Below, one piece after another: positions 51,598-61,601 of a stretch of DNA of 64,000 nt (its first letter is position 1; the number at the start of each line of letters is the position of its first letter). Both the position numbers and the translations under genes were made by a program. The DNA is from Acidimicrobiaceae bacterium (GTDB lineage Bacteria > Actinomycetota > Acidimicrobiia > Actinomarinales > Actinomarinaceae). The stretch spans positions 14,998 to 78,997 of the forward strand of contig JAOMBT010000001.1 in the NCBI GenBank assembly GCA_028344675.1, written 5' to 3'. The notes under the pieces were generated by a model. It saw only the letters and a program-made list of their open reading frames with translations. It ran no database searches and was not told the origin of the DNA.

Positions 51598-52900
51598 AAG
51601 CCCATTCCTCTTCAGATATTCTTGCATTAATATCTACATTTCTCAAAAGAAGATATCCTATGACAAAAAATAATGAAATACCCGGTAGTGACAATCTTGG
51701 ATTTCCAGTGTTCACACTTACATAGCTATAAATTATTGGTCCCCAGATTGCTGAGAATCTTGAAATTACAGAAAAGAAGCCCATAAATTCTCCTTCAGCT
51801 CCTTTTGGTAACATTGTAGCGTAGACACTCCTACTTACAGATTGCAATCCACCCATTCCTATTCCAACAACTATACCTATTCCAATTACTGGTATTAATT
51901 GTCCTTCAGGAAGGAAATATGCTGCATTGCCTGCAAGGAAAAAAAGAAAAATTGTGAAGGACAATGTGTTTTTTTGGCCTATACGACCAGCAAGATATCC
52001 AGCTAATCTAGCACCTGCAAAAGCAATAAACTGAACGACTAGATAAACAACAATAATTGAAGTTTGATCTAGTAATAGAACTTCGCTAAAGAAAGGCCCA
52101 GCCATATTTATAACTGTTTGCGCACCATCCCAGTAGAAAATATATGCAAGAAGAAAATATAGCAGAAAAGGAAACTGTCTTATTTTTCTTAAAGTAGTTA
52201 AATTAGTTTTCCATCCAGCGCTCAAGTAGTTAATTTTTTCATTTCGAGAAGGCTTGACTTCCTCAATCTTCATTCTTGAAAAACTAAATATTGAAAATAT
52301 AAGCCACCATAATCCCGCAAAAGTAATAGCAATTCTCGAAGCTAATGTTGCATCAATGCCTAATACCCCTGGTCCAACTTGAATAATCACTAATGAAAGA
52401 AGTAATTGTAAGCCACCACCAAGATAACCTAGCGCGTATCCTCTTGCTGAAACTTGGTCAATTGTGTCATCAGTAGTTATATCTTTTAATACACTGTCGT
52501 AAAAGACATTAGATCCTGTAGCTCCAAATTGAGCCAGAAAATATATGAGGAGAGTTAACACAACATCTCCAGATTGGGCAAAATAAAATGTAGAAGCAAA
52601 TATCGCCCCTCCATATGCAAAGGACTTAAATAGTTTCATTCTTGAACCTGATAAATCTGCAACAGCTCCAATAGTTGGCATAATTAGAAAAAATATAAAA
52701 AGAGCTGAACCAATAGCAAATCCCCAAACCTCAGCTCCTGTGTAAAGATTACCTCTGAATAAAAAACCTTCCTCGGGAACAACCACACTAACAAAATAAA
52801 CTGGCATTACGGCACCAAGAGTTGTTGTTTCATAAGCAGATTTAGCCCAGTCATACATAGACCAACCAAATATTGTTTTTTTGTTATTTTTTTCAGTCAT
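51590..52900 (-). CDS. MFS transporter, UMF1/Atg22-like family (second paralog)
   Basis: It is a 12-TM protein with the N-terminal WSMYDWAKSAYETT UMF1-type signature. Confidence 0.78.
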   Translation of the reverse strand: MTEKNNKKTIFGWSMYDWAKSAYETTTLGAVMPVYFVSVVVPEEGFLFRGNLYTGAEVWGFAIGSALFIFFLIMPTIGAVADLSGSRMKLFKSFAYGGAIFASTFYFAQSGDVVLTLLIYFLAQFGATGSNVFYDSVLKDITTDDTIDQVSARGYALGYLGGGLQLLLSLVIIQVGPGVLGIDATLASRIAITFAGLWWLIFSIFSFSRMKIEEVKPSRNEKINYLSAGWKTNLTTLRKIRQFPFLLYFLLAYIFYWDGAQTVINMAGPFFSEVLLLDQTSIIVVYLVVQFIAFAGARLAGYLAGRIGQKNTLSFTIFLFFLAGNAAYFLPEGQLIPVIGIGIVVGIGMGGLQSVSRSVYATMLPKGAEGEFMGFFSVISRFSAIWGPIIYSYVSVNTGNPRLSLPGISLFFVIGYLLLRNVDINARISEEEWASI

Positions 52901-53026
52901 TTATCCCCCATAAAAACTTTAATATCAAAATTTAAAAGTTGTCGGAAAGAAAGTAAAAATTAAATAAATAAACGACTATATTCAATTTATATCTTTTATA
53001 AAAATAAAATAATATAGGGGTTTTTT

Positions 53027-54118
53027 GTGGGATTTAAATGTGGAATAGTTGGGTTGCCAAATGTTGGCAAGTCTACGCTTTTCAATGCACTAACAACAGC
53101 AGGAATAGAATCTTCAAACTATCCATTTACTACTATTGAACCAAATATCGGAGTTGTACCAGTTAACGACATCAGGCTTAATCAATTGTCAACAATAGTA
53201 AATCCAAAAAAAATTATTCCAACAACTATGGAATTTGTTGATATCGCCGGTTTAGTCGAAGGTGCTTCCCAAGGCGAAGGATTAGGAAATAAATTTCTTT
53301 CTAATATACGGGAAACTGATGCGATTGTTCACGTGGTTAGAGCGTTTGAAGATGAGGATATTGTTCATGTATCTGGGAAAGTTTCACCAATTGATGATAT
53401 AGAGATTATCAATACCGAATTAATTTTAGCTGATCTCAACTCTGTTGAAAAAATTTATGAGAAAGCTATTAAAAGCACTAAATCAGGACAAAAGGAAGGT
53501 TTAGAGTTAAGAAAATTATTAGAAAAAATACTTCCTGTACTTGAAAGAGGTCACAGCGTCCGAACTTTAGATTTTAACGAAGAGGAATTGAAGCTACTTA
53601 AAGGTTTTCAGTTATTGACGTTTAAACCTGTTTTGTATGTTGCCAACGTTAGTGAAGATGGGTTTCAAGATAATCCAAATCTAGACCGTATTCTAGATTT
53701 CGCAAATGAAGAAAAAGCACAAGCTATAGCAATATGTGCCAGCATAGAATCAGAAATATCTGAGTTAGAAGATAAATAAAAAAGTGAATTTTTACATGAA
53801 ATGGGTCAAAGTGAGTCTGGACTTGATAGGTTAACTAAAACTGGATATACGCTTCTAGGACTTCAGACGTACTTTACAGCTGGTCCACAAGAAGTTAGAG
53901 CATGGACTATTAATGTTGGAGATACTGCACCAAAAGCTGCGGGTAAAATTCATGGTGATTTTGAAAAAGGTTTTATTCGTGCAGAAACAATTTCATTTGC
54001 TGATTTCATTGAAAATGATGGTGAAAAAGGTGCCAAAGAATCTGGGAAACTTAAAACTGAAGGAAAAGACTATATTGTCCAAGATGGAGATGTATTACAT
54101 TTTTTATTCAACAGCTAG
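53027..54118 (+). pseudogene. ychF: Ribosome-binding ATPase YchF interrupted by one in-frame TAA (53777..53779); pseudogene, split gene, readthrough or base-call error
   Basis: The N-terminal ORF starts MGFKCGIVGLPNVGKSTLFNALT, as canonical YchF does. The C-terminal ORF carries the TGS-domain block [16 protein letters not shown] and [15 protein letters not shown]. Both ORFs are in the same frame. Confidence 0.85.
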
Positions 54119-54228
54119 CTCTTTATTACTAAAAAAAATACAAAACTACTCATATTTTCTGTTTTATTAAAATTACGATTTTCAAACTAATTCTTTCACT
54201 AAAATGAGAGTGTAGGATAATAAAACTC

Positions 54229-55632
54229 GTGAAAGTAATAATTGTAGGCGCACATGGTGAAGCTAAAGAGCTGATTAATAGAATCAGTTCAGGTTGGTCT
54301 ATTTCTGTGGTTGACATTGATCAAGATAAACTTAGAAATTTTACAACTAATAGGCAAATTGAAAAAATACAAGGTGATGGAACATCCGCATTAGTTTTAA
54401 GAAAAGCTGGTCTTGAACAAGCAACTGCTGTTATTACCCTAACTCTTGATGATGAAATAAACCTTGAAATCCTAAAAATAGCAAAACAAAGCAATATATT
54501 ACGACTGTCTTCTGTGATAAATAATTCTACAAATTTGAATAAGTATAAAGAACTCGATATTGAAGTTGTGGAACCAAATATTTTACTCGCAAGGAGGTTT
54601 GAGCACATACTTGAACCAAGAAGAGTTGTTTCTCAAGCATTTGCTGGAGGTCGTGCTGAAGCCATAGAGATTGAGATAAGTTCAGATAGCCCAGTTCGAG
54701 GAAAAAAACTAAAAGAGATTGGATCAGATTATTTTATTGTTGGCGCTCTTCTCAGGAAAGGTAAAGTAATTATTCCTCATGGAGATACAGAAATTGAAAC
54801 AAGTGACCTAGTTACAATTGTTTTACAATCAGGTGCATTTGCAAAAGTTATAAATTTATTTTCTGGTTCTGAATCCAGATTCCCCCTTGAGTTTGGGAAG
54901 GATGTATTTGTTTTACTAGAAAATGAAAACAATTTGAAGAACTTATCAGAGTCAGAGTTCTATGTAAGGAACACTAAAGCTACATCTTTGCAGCTTTTAA
55001 CAAAAGAGGATTTATTTGAAAATAATTTAGAAACTACTCAGGAAACCTTGAAAGCAGTCTTGAAAGATCAAGATTTTGATACAACCTATAGAAGTAAAAT
55101 ATCAAATAAAGACATAGATAATTTTATTAGCGAACATTCTATTGGAACTATATTTTATCCAATTGAGGAAGATACTCCTAGATCAAAAATTAGATACATG
55201 TTAAATGTTGCATCTAAAACAAACACTCCAATTTTATTTTCACGCTCAACATACCCATACAAAACAATTGGTTTACTCATGAATAATAATTTTGATGAGA
55301 ATAGTTCTAATGCGATAGCTTTTGACCTAGCATCCGCAATGTCTTCTGATTTAGTAGCTGTAAATATAAATCAACCGAAGTTTTTACAGCATGAAAATGA
55401 TCAACATTTTGCTGATATTATTGAAAAACTTCAAGATCTTGCATTATCACATGAGGTTCAGCTTGATATTGAGACTCACGAGGGAAATGAGGCAAAAATA
55501 TTTTCTCAACTTACTTCGAAATTTGACCTCTCAATTATTAGTTCAAGCGCTACACAAACATGGCAAGGTCGAAAGATAGTAGAGTTTGTATCAAAAAATT
55601 CTAAATGTTCTGTCTTATATATACCTGGATAA
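54229..55632 (+). CDS. RCK (TrkA-N/TrkA-C) regulatory protein with a long C-terminal extension
   Basis: It has an N-terminal Rossmann-like KVIIVGAHGEAKEL and then an RCK_C-like segment (AIEIEISSDSPVRGKKLKEIG...DLVTIV). About 250 further residues are of uncertain fold. It has a GTG start. Confidence 0.7.
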   Translation: MKVIIVGAHGEAKELINRISSGWSISVVDIDQDKLRNFTTNRQIEKIQGDGTSALVLRKAGLEQATAVITLTLDDEINLEILKIAKQSNILRLSSVINNSTNLNKYKELDIEVVEPNILLARRFEHILEPRRVVSQAFAGGRAEAIEIEISSDSPVRGKKLKEIGSDYFIVGALLRKGKVIIPHGDTEIETSDLVTIVLQSGAFAKVINLFSGSESRFPLEFGKDVFVLLENENNLKNLSESEFYVRNTKATSLQLLTKEDLFENNLETTQETLKAVLKDQDFDTTYRSKISNKDIDNFISEHSIGTIFYPIEEDTPRSKIRYMLNVASKTNTPILFSRSTYPYKTIGLLMNNNFDENSSNAIAFDLASAMSSDLVAVNINQPKFLQHENDQHFADIIEKLQDLALSHEVQLDIETHEGNEAKIFSQLTSKFDLSIISSSATQTWQGRKIVEFVSKNSKCSVLYIPG

Positions 55633-55635
55633 ATT

Positions 55636-56784
55636 ATGGAAGAATTTCAAGCTGAGTCATTAGTAATAATTTCCTTAGGCGCATTCATATTGCCTCTTTT
55701 AGCTCAAAGAATAAAAATTCCTGGGATTGTACTTGAAATTGCATACGGAATTACTGTTGGACCAATTTTAGGAATAGTTGAGACTTCAGAGTTTATATCT
55801 GGTTTAGCAATACTTGGCTTTTTGTTGTTAATGTTTTTGTCAGGTTTTGAAATAGAATTAGAAACTTTTAGAGAGAAGGGTTTAAAAACCTTAGCTTTGC
55901 CTATGTCTATTTACCTCTTAACTGTTATTACATCTTTTTACTTAATTTCGAACTTAGGTTACCCAATTTTTCTAGCTTTAGTTCTCTGTACAACAAGTGT
56001 TGATATTGTTATAACAATTCTTAGAAGTGATGACACAATAAAAACGAGTTATGGCCAAACATTATTTATGGTTGCTTTATTGGCAGATATACTCACTCTT
56101 CTAGCGGCAACAGTATACGCTTCTTTTATAAGAGCTGGTGGCCTTTCATTATCTAACCTAAATGTTGTACTTTACTTCATAGTTGTAATTTTGATTTTAA
56201 GAATCATTAGAAGGGTAGCTTGGTGGAATCCACAGCTTTTTTCTAGAATGTTTGATGGTAATGATCCAGATGAACTTGGAATACGAAGCTCTCTTGCCTT
56301 GATGCTTACTCTAGTTGGAGTATCTGTAATATTTGATATCGAGCCTATCCTGGGGGCTTTTTTGGCTGGAACAATTTTTGCTTTTATTTTTTCTAATAGA
56401 GGAACTCTTGAAAGCAGCCTAAAGGGATTTTCATATGGTTTTCTAATTCCAATATTTTTTATCAACATAGGTTTAAATTATGATATTAGTGTATTTAGTG
56501 AGACCCAGTTTTTTGTTGAAGTAGGTTACCTATTCTTGATAGCCGTTGGTGTAAAGTTTTTACCATCTGTTCTATTAATTTTTTCAAAGATAAAAGTAAG
56601 GGATATTATTGCAGGTGGTTTTCTATTATCAGCAAGATTCAGTTTGATAATTGCGATGGCAGAAATAGGTGTTCATCTTGATTTAATCACAGTTGAATTA
56701 GAACAACAAATAATACTTTTAGCAGTGATCACGGCAACTTTTTCACCAATATTATTTAGAATTTTTAGAAGTAAAACAAATTAA
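55636..56784 (+). CDS. Cation:proton antiporter (CPA2/Kef-type membrane domain)
   Basis: It has a multi-TM Na+/H+ exchanger-family pattern (GFLLLMFLSGFE, PILGAFLAG). It starts 4 nt after the RCK gene. Confidence 0.85.
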   Translation: MEEFQAESLVIISLGAFILPLLAQRIKIPGIVLEIAYGITVGPILGIVETSEFISGLAILGFLLLMFLSGFEIELETFREKGLKTLALPMSIYLLTVITSFYLISNLGYPIFLALVLCTTSVDIVITILRSDDTIKTSYGQTLFMVALLADILTLLAATVYASFIRAGGLSLSNLNVVLYFIVVILILRIIRRVAWWNPQLFSRMFDGNDPDELGIRSSLALMLTLVGVSVIFDIEPILGAFLAGTIFAFIFSNRGTLESSLKGFSYGFLIPIFFINIGLNYDISVFSETQFFVEVGYLFLIAVGVKFLPSVLLIFSKIKVRDIIAGGFLLSARFSLIIAMAEIGVHLDLITVELEQQIILLAVITATFSPILFRIFRSKTN

Positions 56785-57686
56785 TGAAATTTAATACATC
56801 CCTTTTTGTTAAAGGAATGTTGATGGGTATTGCAGAAATTATCCCAGGGGTTTCAGGCGGAACGCTAGCATTTATTACTGGTATTTATACAGAACTAGTT
56901 GATTCTATAAAATCTGTTAACTTAGGTTCACTTAAATTATTGTTTAAATTCCAATTCAAAAATTTTTGGAAACAGATTAATGGAAATTTTTTATTTACTT
57001 TATTTATTGGTATGATTTCATCCATACTCATACTCTCAAGATTCATTATTTTTCTACTAGACAATCATCACTTTAAAATTTGGGGGTTCTTTTTTGGATT
57101 AATCTTATCTTCAGCATTCATTATTTTTAAGAGCATAAGTAAATTAAATACAAAATCTTATGTTTTCCTTTCTTTAGGTTTTGTTGTATCAGGATACATA
57201 TCCTTAGTTGCACCTTCATCTACACCTAATACATACTTTTTTATATTCATTTCAGGCGCTATTGCCATTTCCGCTATGATTCTTCCTGGAATTAGTGGTT
57301 CTTTCATTCTTGTTTTCCTTTCAAAGTACGAATTTATTTTGAGTTCCTTGAATTCGCTTGAAATTAACGTACTAACAGTTTTTCTCGCTGGTTGTGTAAC
57401 TGGTTTAGTAACTTTTAGTAGGTTATTATCTTATTTGTTTAAGAATTACTATGACAGTGTAGTGAGTATCTTGGTTGGATTTCTTATGGGGTCCTTGATT
57501 AAAATATGGCCTTTTTATCAAATTATTGAATTTAACCAGAACAACGAGCCTCTTTATACAAACCCAGTATTACCCAACAGTAATCAAACTTTAGAGTCAA
57601 TCTATTTCTTAATCTTTCTAGTCGTTGGGATTTTGTCTATATGGTTCATAGAAAAGAAATTTATAGGAATTGGTAAAGAAAATTAA
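56784..57686 (+). CDS. DUF368 family membrane protein (PopT-like putative undecaprenyl-phosphate translocase)
   Basis: The signature PGVSGGT/PGISGS appears twice (GIAEIIPGVSGGTLAF and ILPGISGSFILVF). Confidence 0.85.
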   Translation: MKFNTSLFVKGMLMGIAEIIPGVSGGTLAFITGIYTELVDSIKSVNLGSLKLLFKFQFKNFWKQINGNFLFTLFIGMISSILILSRFIIFLLDNHHFKIWGFFFGLILSSAFIIFKSISKLNTKSYVFLSLGFVVSGYISLVAPSSTPNTYFFIFISGAIAISAMILPGISGSFILVFLSKYEFILSSLNSLEINVLTVFLAGCVTGLVTFSRLLSYLFKNYYDSVVSILVGFLMGSLIKIWPFYQIIEFNQNNEPLYTNPVLPNSNQTLESIYFLIFLVVGILSIWFIEKKFIGIGKEN

Positions 57687-57703
57687 GCTATTAAAATAGA
57701 ATT

Positions 57704-57841
57704 ATGAGATTAGGACTACCAGAATTATTAATAATTTTAACAATTTTATTACTGTTATTTGGTGCAAAGAGACTTCCAGGATTAGCAAAATCATTAGGTA
57801 GATCTACTAAAGAATTCAAATCTGCACTTGAAGAAGAATAA
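57704..57841 (+). CDS. tatA: Sec-independent (Tat) translocase protein TatA, 45 aa; absent from the ORF track because of its size
   Basis: I translated it by hand as MRLGLPELLIILTILLLLFGAKRLPGLAKSLGRSTKEFKSALEEE*. It has the canonical TM helix, the FGxKRLP hinge and an amphipathic helix. Confidence 0.82.
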   Translation: MRLGLPELLIILTILLLLFGAKRLPGLAKSLGRSTKEFKSALEEE

Positions 57842-58136
57842 TTTAAATAAATTCGTAATACTAACTATTTTTTTATTAGTTAGTGCATGTTCATCAGAAC
57901 CTCCACGGGAGCTATCTTCTGGAAAGCAAATTTATGAAGCACGATGTTCTGCTTGTCATGGATCAAATTTGGAGGGTAGAGTTGGACCAGCCCTAGATGC
58001 AGCAAGTCCAGCGGCCTTGATGCCAGATTCATACTGGATTCAAACCATTACAAAAGGTAAGGGTTCAATGCCTGCACAACGACTTACAGATCAAGAGGTT
58101 GAATTAGTTATAGAGTATATTAAGTCAGAATATTAA
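57828..58136 (+). CDS. Class I c-type cytochrome lipoprotein
   Basis: It has the lipobox LVSAC, the heme motif CSACHG and a distal Met (GSMP). A TTG start overlaps the tatA 3' end by 14 nt. Confidence 0.75.
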   Translation: MKKNNLNKFVILTIFLLVSACSSEPPRELSSGKQIYEARCSACHGSNLEGRVGPALDAASPAALMPDSYWIQTITKGKGSMPAQRLTDQEVELVIEYIKSEY

Positions 58137-59607
58137 ATCTATTAGTTTCTTCGTTTAATTTTTTTAATCTTCCAAAACCTTCATGCAAAGTATCCAGACT
58201 ATTAACTCTCCACTTCCAATTACCTTTTTTGGTACCAGGAAGGTTAAATCTTGCTTCAACATCAAGTTCTAGAATATCTTGGACATTTGTTACAGTTAAA
58301 ATGCATGGAGTTTTCCAAGTCAACTCTATAAAATTCCATATTTCTGAATCACTAGAGATATTAAAATCATTTAAATAATTTTTGTAATATTTAATTTGTG
58401 TTTTCTCTGCTTCCTTGAGCCATTGTTTAATAGTTGGACTGTCGTGAGTTCCTGTATATGAAGCTAAATTCTTATTCCATTCCCCAGGATGAGTCTCTTC
58501 GTGTTGATCATTATTTGGGATTCGTTGTTGGAGAACATTCATTCCAGGTATATTGTAATTTTTTAAAATTGTTTCAGTATCTTTAAGAACTACTCCTAAA
58601 TCTTCAGCTAGTAACATAGAAAAATCTACTTTTGTTCTTATAGAATCAAAAAAGGTTTTCCATGGACCATCTCTCCAATGCCCATTAAGTGCACTTTCAC
58701 CATTTGGTATTGCCCAGTATTTAAAGAATCCCACAAAATGGTCAATTCTTAGTAAATCGTATTTTTCTAAATTTTTATTTAGTTTGTTAACCCAGTATTG
58801 GTAATTTTGATTGAGATGCTCATCCCAATCATATAAAGCTGTATTCCAGACTTGTCCTTCTTCAGTAAACTCATCAGGAACTGCGCCTGAAACAAAACTC
58901 ATATTGTATCCTTCATCTAAATCAAAAAGATCTTTGTTTAGCCACACATCTGCTGAATCGTGATTAACGTAAATTGGAATATCACCTAGTACAGAAATGT
59001 TTTTTTTGTTGGCGTAATTCTTTAAAGATTTCCATTGCTTGTTAAATTCATATTGTAGAAAAATATGTTTTGAGACTATATTAGGAAACCTATCATTAAT
59101 TAATTCAAAAAGATTTTCAGAATAATTCCTATAGTCATTTTTCCATAAATTCCAATTCTTATTTGTTACTTCACTAATTGTTATAAATGTAATATGTTTT
59201 CTTATTTCGTCATCTTCTAAAAAATCTTGATATATATTTTCTTTTATATTTATTTTCTTTTCAAGTTTTTTAAACAAGTCATCCTTAAGTTTGTATACAC
59301 TTGCAAAGTCAACGTAATCTTTTGGAAGATTTCTAAATAATTCAAAGTCTTCTTTTTTAAATAAACCGTTTTCAAGATTTTCTAGTGAAACAATATAAGG
59401 ATTTCCAAGAATAGAAGATTTACTTGAATAGGGTGAATATTCTACATTATCAGTTATTCCTAATGGAAGAACTTGCCAAACTTTTGTTCCTGTAGATGAT
59501 AATAAGTCAATAAATTCATAACTATCTTTTCCAAAATCTCCAATTCCATATTTGCTTGGCAGAGAAGTTGGATGAAAAATTAATCCGCTACTTTTTTTAA
59601 TATCCAA
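58120..59607 (-). CDS. malQ: 4-alpha-glucanotransferase (amylomaltase, GH77)
   Basis: It shows GH77 similarity (LLRIDHFVGF, EDLGV, YTGTHDS). Confidence 0.9.
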   Translation of the reverse strand: MDIKKSSGLIFHPTSLPSKYGIGDFGKDSYEFIDLLSSTGTKVWQVLPLGITDNVEYSPYSSKSSILGNPYIVSLENLENGLFKKEDFELFRNLPKDYVDFASVYKLKDDLFKKLEKKINIKENIYQDFLEDDEIRKHITFITISEVTNKNWNLWKNDYRNYSENLFELINDRFPNIVSKHIFLQYEFNKQWKSLKNYANKKNISVLGDIPIYVNHDSADVWLNKDLFDLDEGYNMSFVSGAVPDEFTEEGQVWNTALYDWDEHLNQNYQYWVNKLNKNLEKYDLLRIDHFVGFFKYWAIPNGESALNGHWRDGPWKTFFDSIRTKVDFSMLLAEDLGVVLKDTETILKNYNIPGMNVLQQRIPNNDQHEETHPGEWNKNLASYTGTHDSPTIKQWLKEAEKTQIKYYKNYLNDFNISSDSEIWNFIELTWKTPCILTVTNVQDILELDVEARFNLPGTKKGNWKWRVNSLDTLHEGFGRLKKLNEETNRFNILT

Positions 59608-59660
59608 AATATTCTTTCAATAATCTTTATATTATTATAAATAGAAAAAAAAGGATTATT

Positions 59661-61589
59661 TTGGTAGAAAACCACAGCCCAAAATTTAAAGATGAAGGGG
59701 AAGCTCAAAAGATTGAGTTTTTTGATGGCGATGTTCATTTAGGATTTTATGACATTAGGTTTAACTCACAAGATAAAAAATTTTTAAGTATTTCTCCTGA
59801 TGGATTACTTAAAATCAGAATACACACACAAACAAATATTAAAAAAGCTTGGCTTCTATTAGAAGATTCAGAGTTTCGGCCTATAGAGCTAAAACTTTAT
59901 GCTGAGACAAAAAGATTTAATTATTGGAGAGCACATGTAGAGTTACGAAGCAACTCACCTAAATTCAGCTTTGCAGCTCAAACAGATGAAAATATCAATA
60001 TTTATTTTGGTACTAGCGGAGTAGCAAATTTTATTTCTCCAGCTGAAAAATGGTCTTTAGATGTTAATAAGTTTAATCGTCATACAATTCCAGATTGGTT
60101 TTTTGGTGGTGTTATGTATCAAATCTTTCCAGAAAAGTTTAAAAACACTAATCCTGAATTAAATCCTGAGAATGTTTTAGATTGGGGAACTAAGCCTACA
60201 AGGCTTGGATTTCAGGGTGGAGATCTATATGGCGTAATTGAAGAGCTCGAATATATTCAAAATTTAGGTGTAAATATTATCTACCTTAATCCTATATTTC
60301 TTTCTAGAAGTGTACATAAATATGATACATGGGACCATTTTAAAGTTGACGACACCTTAGGAGGTGACGGGGCATTAAAGTTACTAATTGAAAAAGCTCA
60401 TTCAATGCATATGAAAGTAGTTCTTGATTGTTCCTTAAATCATGTCCATCCAAGGCACTTTGCATTTCAAGATCTAATTAAAAAGGGACCAAAGTCAGAA
60501 TACAGAGACTGGTTTACTGTATTCGACTATCCAATTAGATTAAAACACAGACCTCATTTGTACTCTCAAACTTATAAAGTTGGATGGGATGGGAATGAAG
60601 AAGAATACAAAGAATATCTTGATAAAACATTTACTGAAACAAAGATACCCGTAGAGATACTCAAAGATGATGGTCCAATATGTGAACCTACATATAAATC
60701 TTGGTGGGGTGTACCAGATATGCCTAAAGTAAATTATAGTTCACCTGATGCAAGAAAATGGGCTTTGGATGTAGCTGAATATTGGATTAAAAATTTTGAT
60801 ATAGACGGATGGCGTATGGATGTTGCAAAAGAAATAGACACTTCCTTCTGGAAAGAGTTTAGAGAGATAACAAAAAATACTAAAAAAGATATTTTGCTAC
60901 TTTCAGAAATATTTGGTGATACCTCTCAATGGTTACAAGGCGATATGTTTGATGGCACTATGAATTATTCTTTTAGGGAAAATATGATTGATTTCTTTGC
61001 AAATAGAAATATGGAACCCGAAGAATTTTCAGAATCCCTTGCCCACCTTTATTCGATGTATTCTTTTGAAGCAATTACAGCGTGTCAAAATTTACTAAGT
61101 AGTCATGATGTGAAAAGGTTTTTAAATAGATGTAAGCAATCAGAAGATGTTTATGGAGCTATATTTTTTCAAGCAACATTTCCAGGTATTGCTTCTATAT
61201 ACTACGGGGATGAGATCGGCCTAAACGGTGGCGATGAACCAAATAATAGAGAGCCTTTTCCTTGGAATGATAAACTAAATTGGAATAATGACCTAAAAGA
61301 AATAACCTCAACTTTGATGAATTTAAAAAATTCGAATAGTATTTTAAAATATGGTACATTTGAATTGATACCTTCAACTAAAGGGGCAGTAGCCTTTCGT
61401 AGAGTGTTAAAGGATGAATCTCTTATTTGTATTTTTAATAGGGATTCAATTGTTGAAAATTTTAAAATATCTTCTCAAGCCCACAGTGTAGAAAAAATAT
61501 ATGGCAATTTTGATATCAAAATAGAGAATAAAGAAATTTCAGTTAATAAATTATTACCTAATACCGGAATAATAATTCATGAAAAATAA
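59661..61589 (+). CDS. GH13 alpha-amylase-family enzyme with N-terminal extension (neopullulanase/cyclomaltodextrinase-like)
   Basis: GH13 conserved regions are present: VVLDCSLNHV, DGWRMDVAKE, LLSEIFGD and LLSSHD. It has a TTG start. Confidence 0.88.
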   Translation: MVENHSPKFKDEGEAQKIEFFDGDVHLGFYDIRFNSQDKKFLSISPDGLLKIRIHTQTNIKKAWLLLEDSEFRPIELKLYAETKRFNYWRAHVELRSNSPKFSFAAQTDENINIYFGTSGVANFISPAEKWSLDVNKFNRHTIPDWFFGGVMYQIFPEKFKNTNPELNPENVLDWGTKPTRLGFQGGDLYGVIEELEYIQNLGVNIIYLNPIFLSRSVHKYDTWDHFKVDDTLGGDGALKLLIEKAHSMHMKVVLDCSLNHVHPRHFAFQDLIKKGPKSEYRDWFTVFDYPIRLKHRPHLYSQTYKVGWDGNEEEYKEYLDKTFTETKIPVEILKDDGPICEPTYKSWWGVPDMPKVNYSSPDARKWALDVAEYWIKNFDIDGWRMDVAKEIDTSFWKEFREITKNTKKDILLLSEIFGDTSQWLQGDMFDGTMNYSFRENMIDFFANRNMEPEEFSESLAHLYSMYSFEAITACQNLLSSHDVKRFLNRCKQSEDVYGAIFFQATFPGIASIYYGDEIGLNGGDEPNNREPFPWNDKLNWNNDLKEITSTLMNLKNSNSILKYGTFELIPSTKGAVAFRRVLKDESLICIFNRDSIVENFKISSQAHSVEKIYGNFDIKIENKEISVNKLLPNTGIIIHEK

Positions 61590-61601
61590 TCTATAGGTCT
61601 T

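Noticed and set aside
53913-54170. An 85-aa ORF overlapping the ychF C-terminal part in another frame.
   Set aside because: It is a shadow ORF. The overlapping frame encodes the highly conserved YchF TGS domain.
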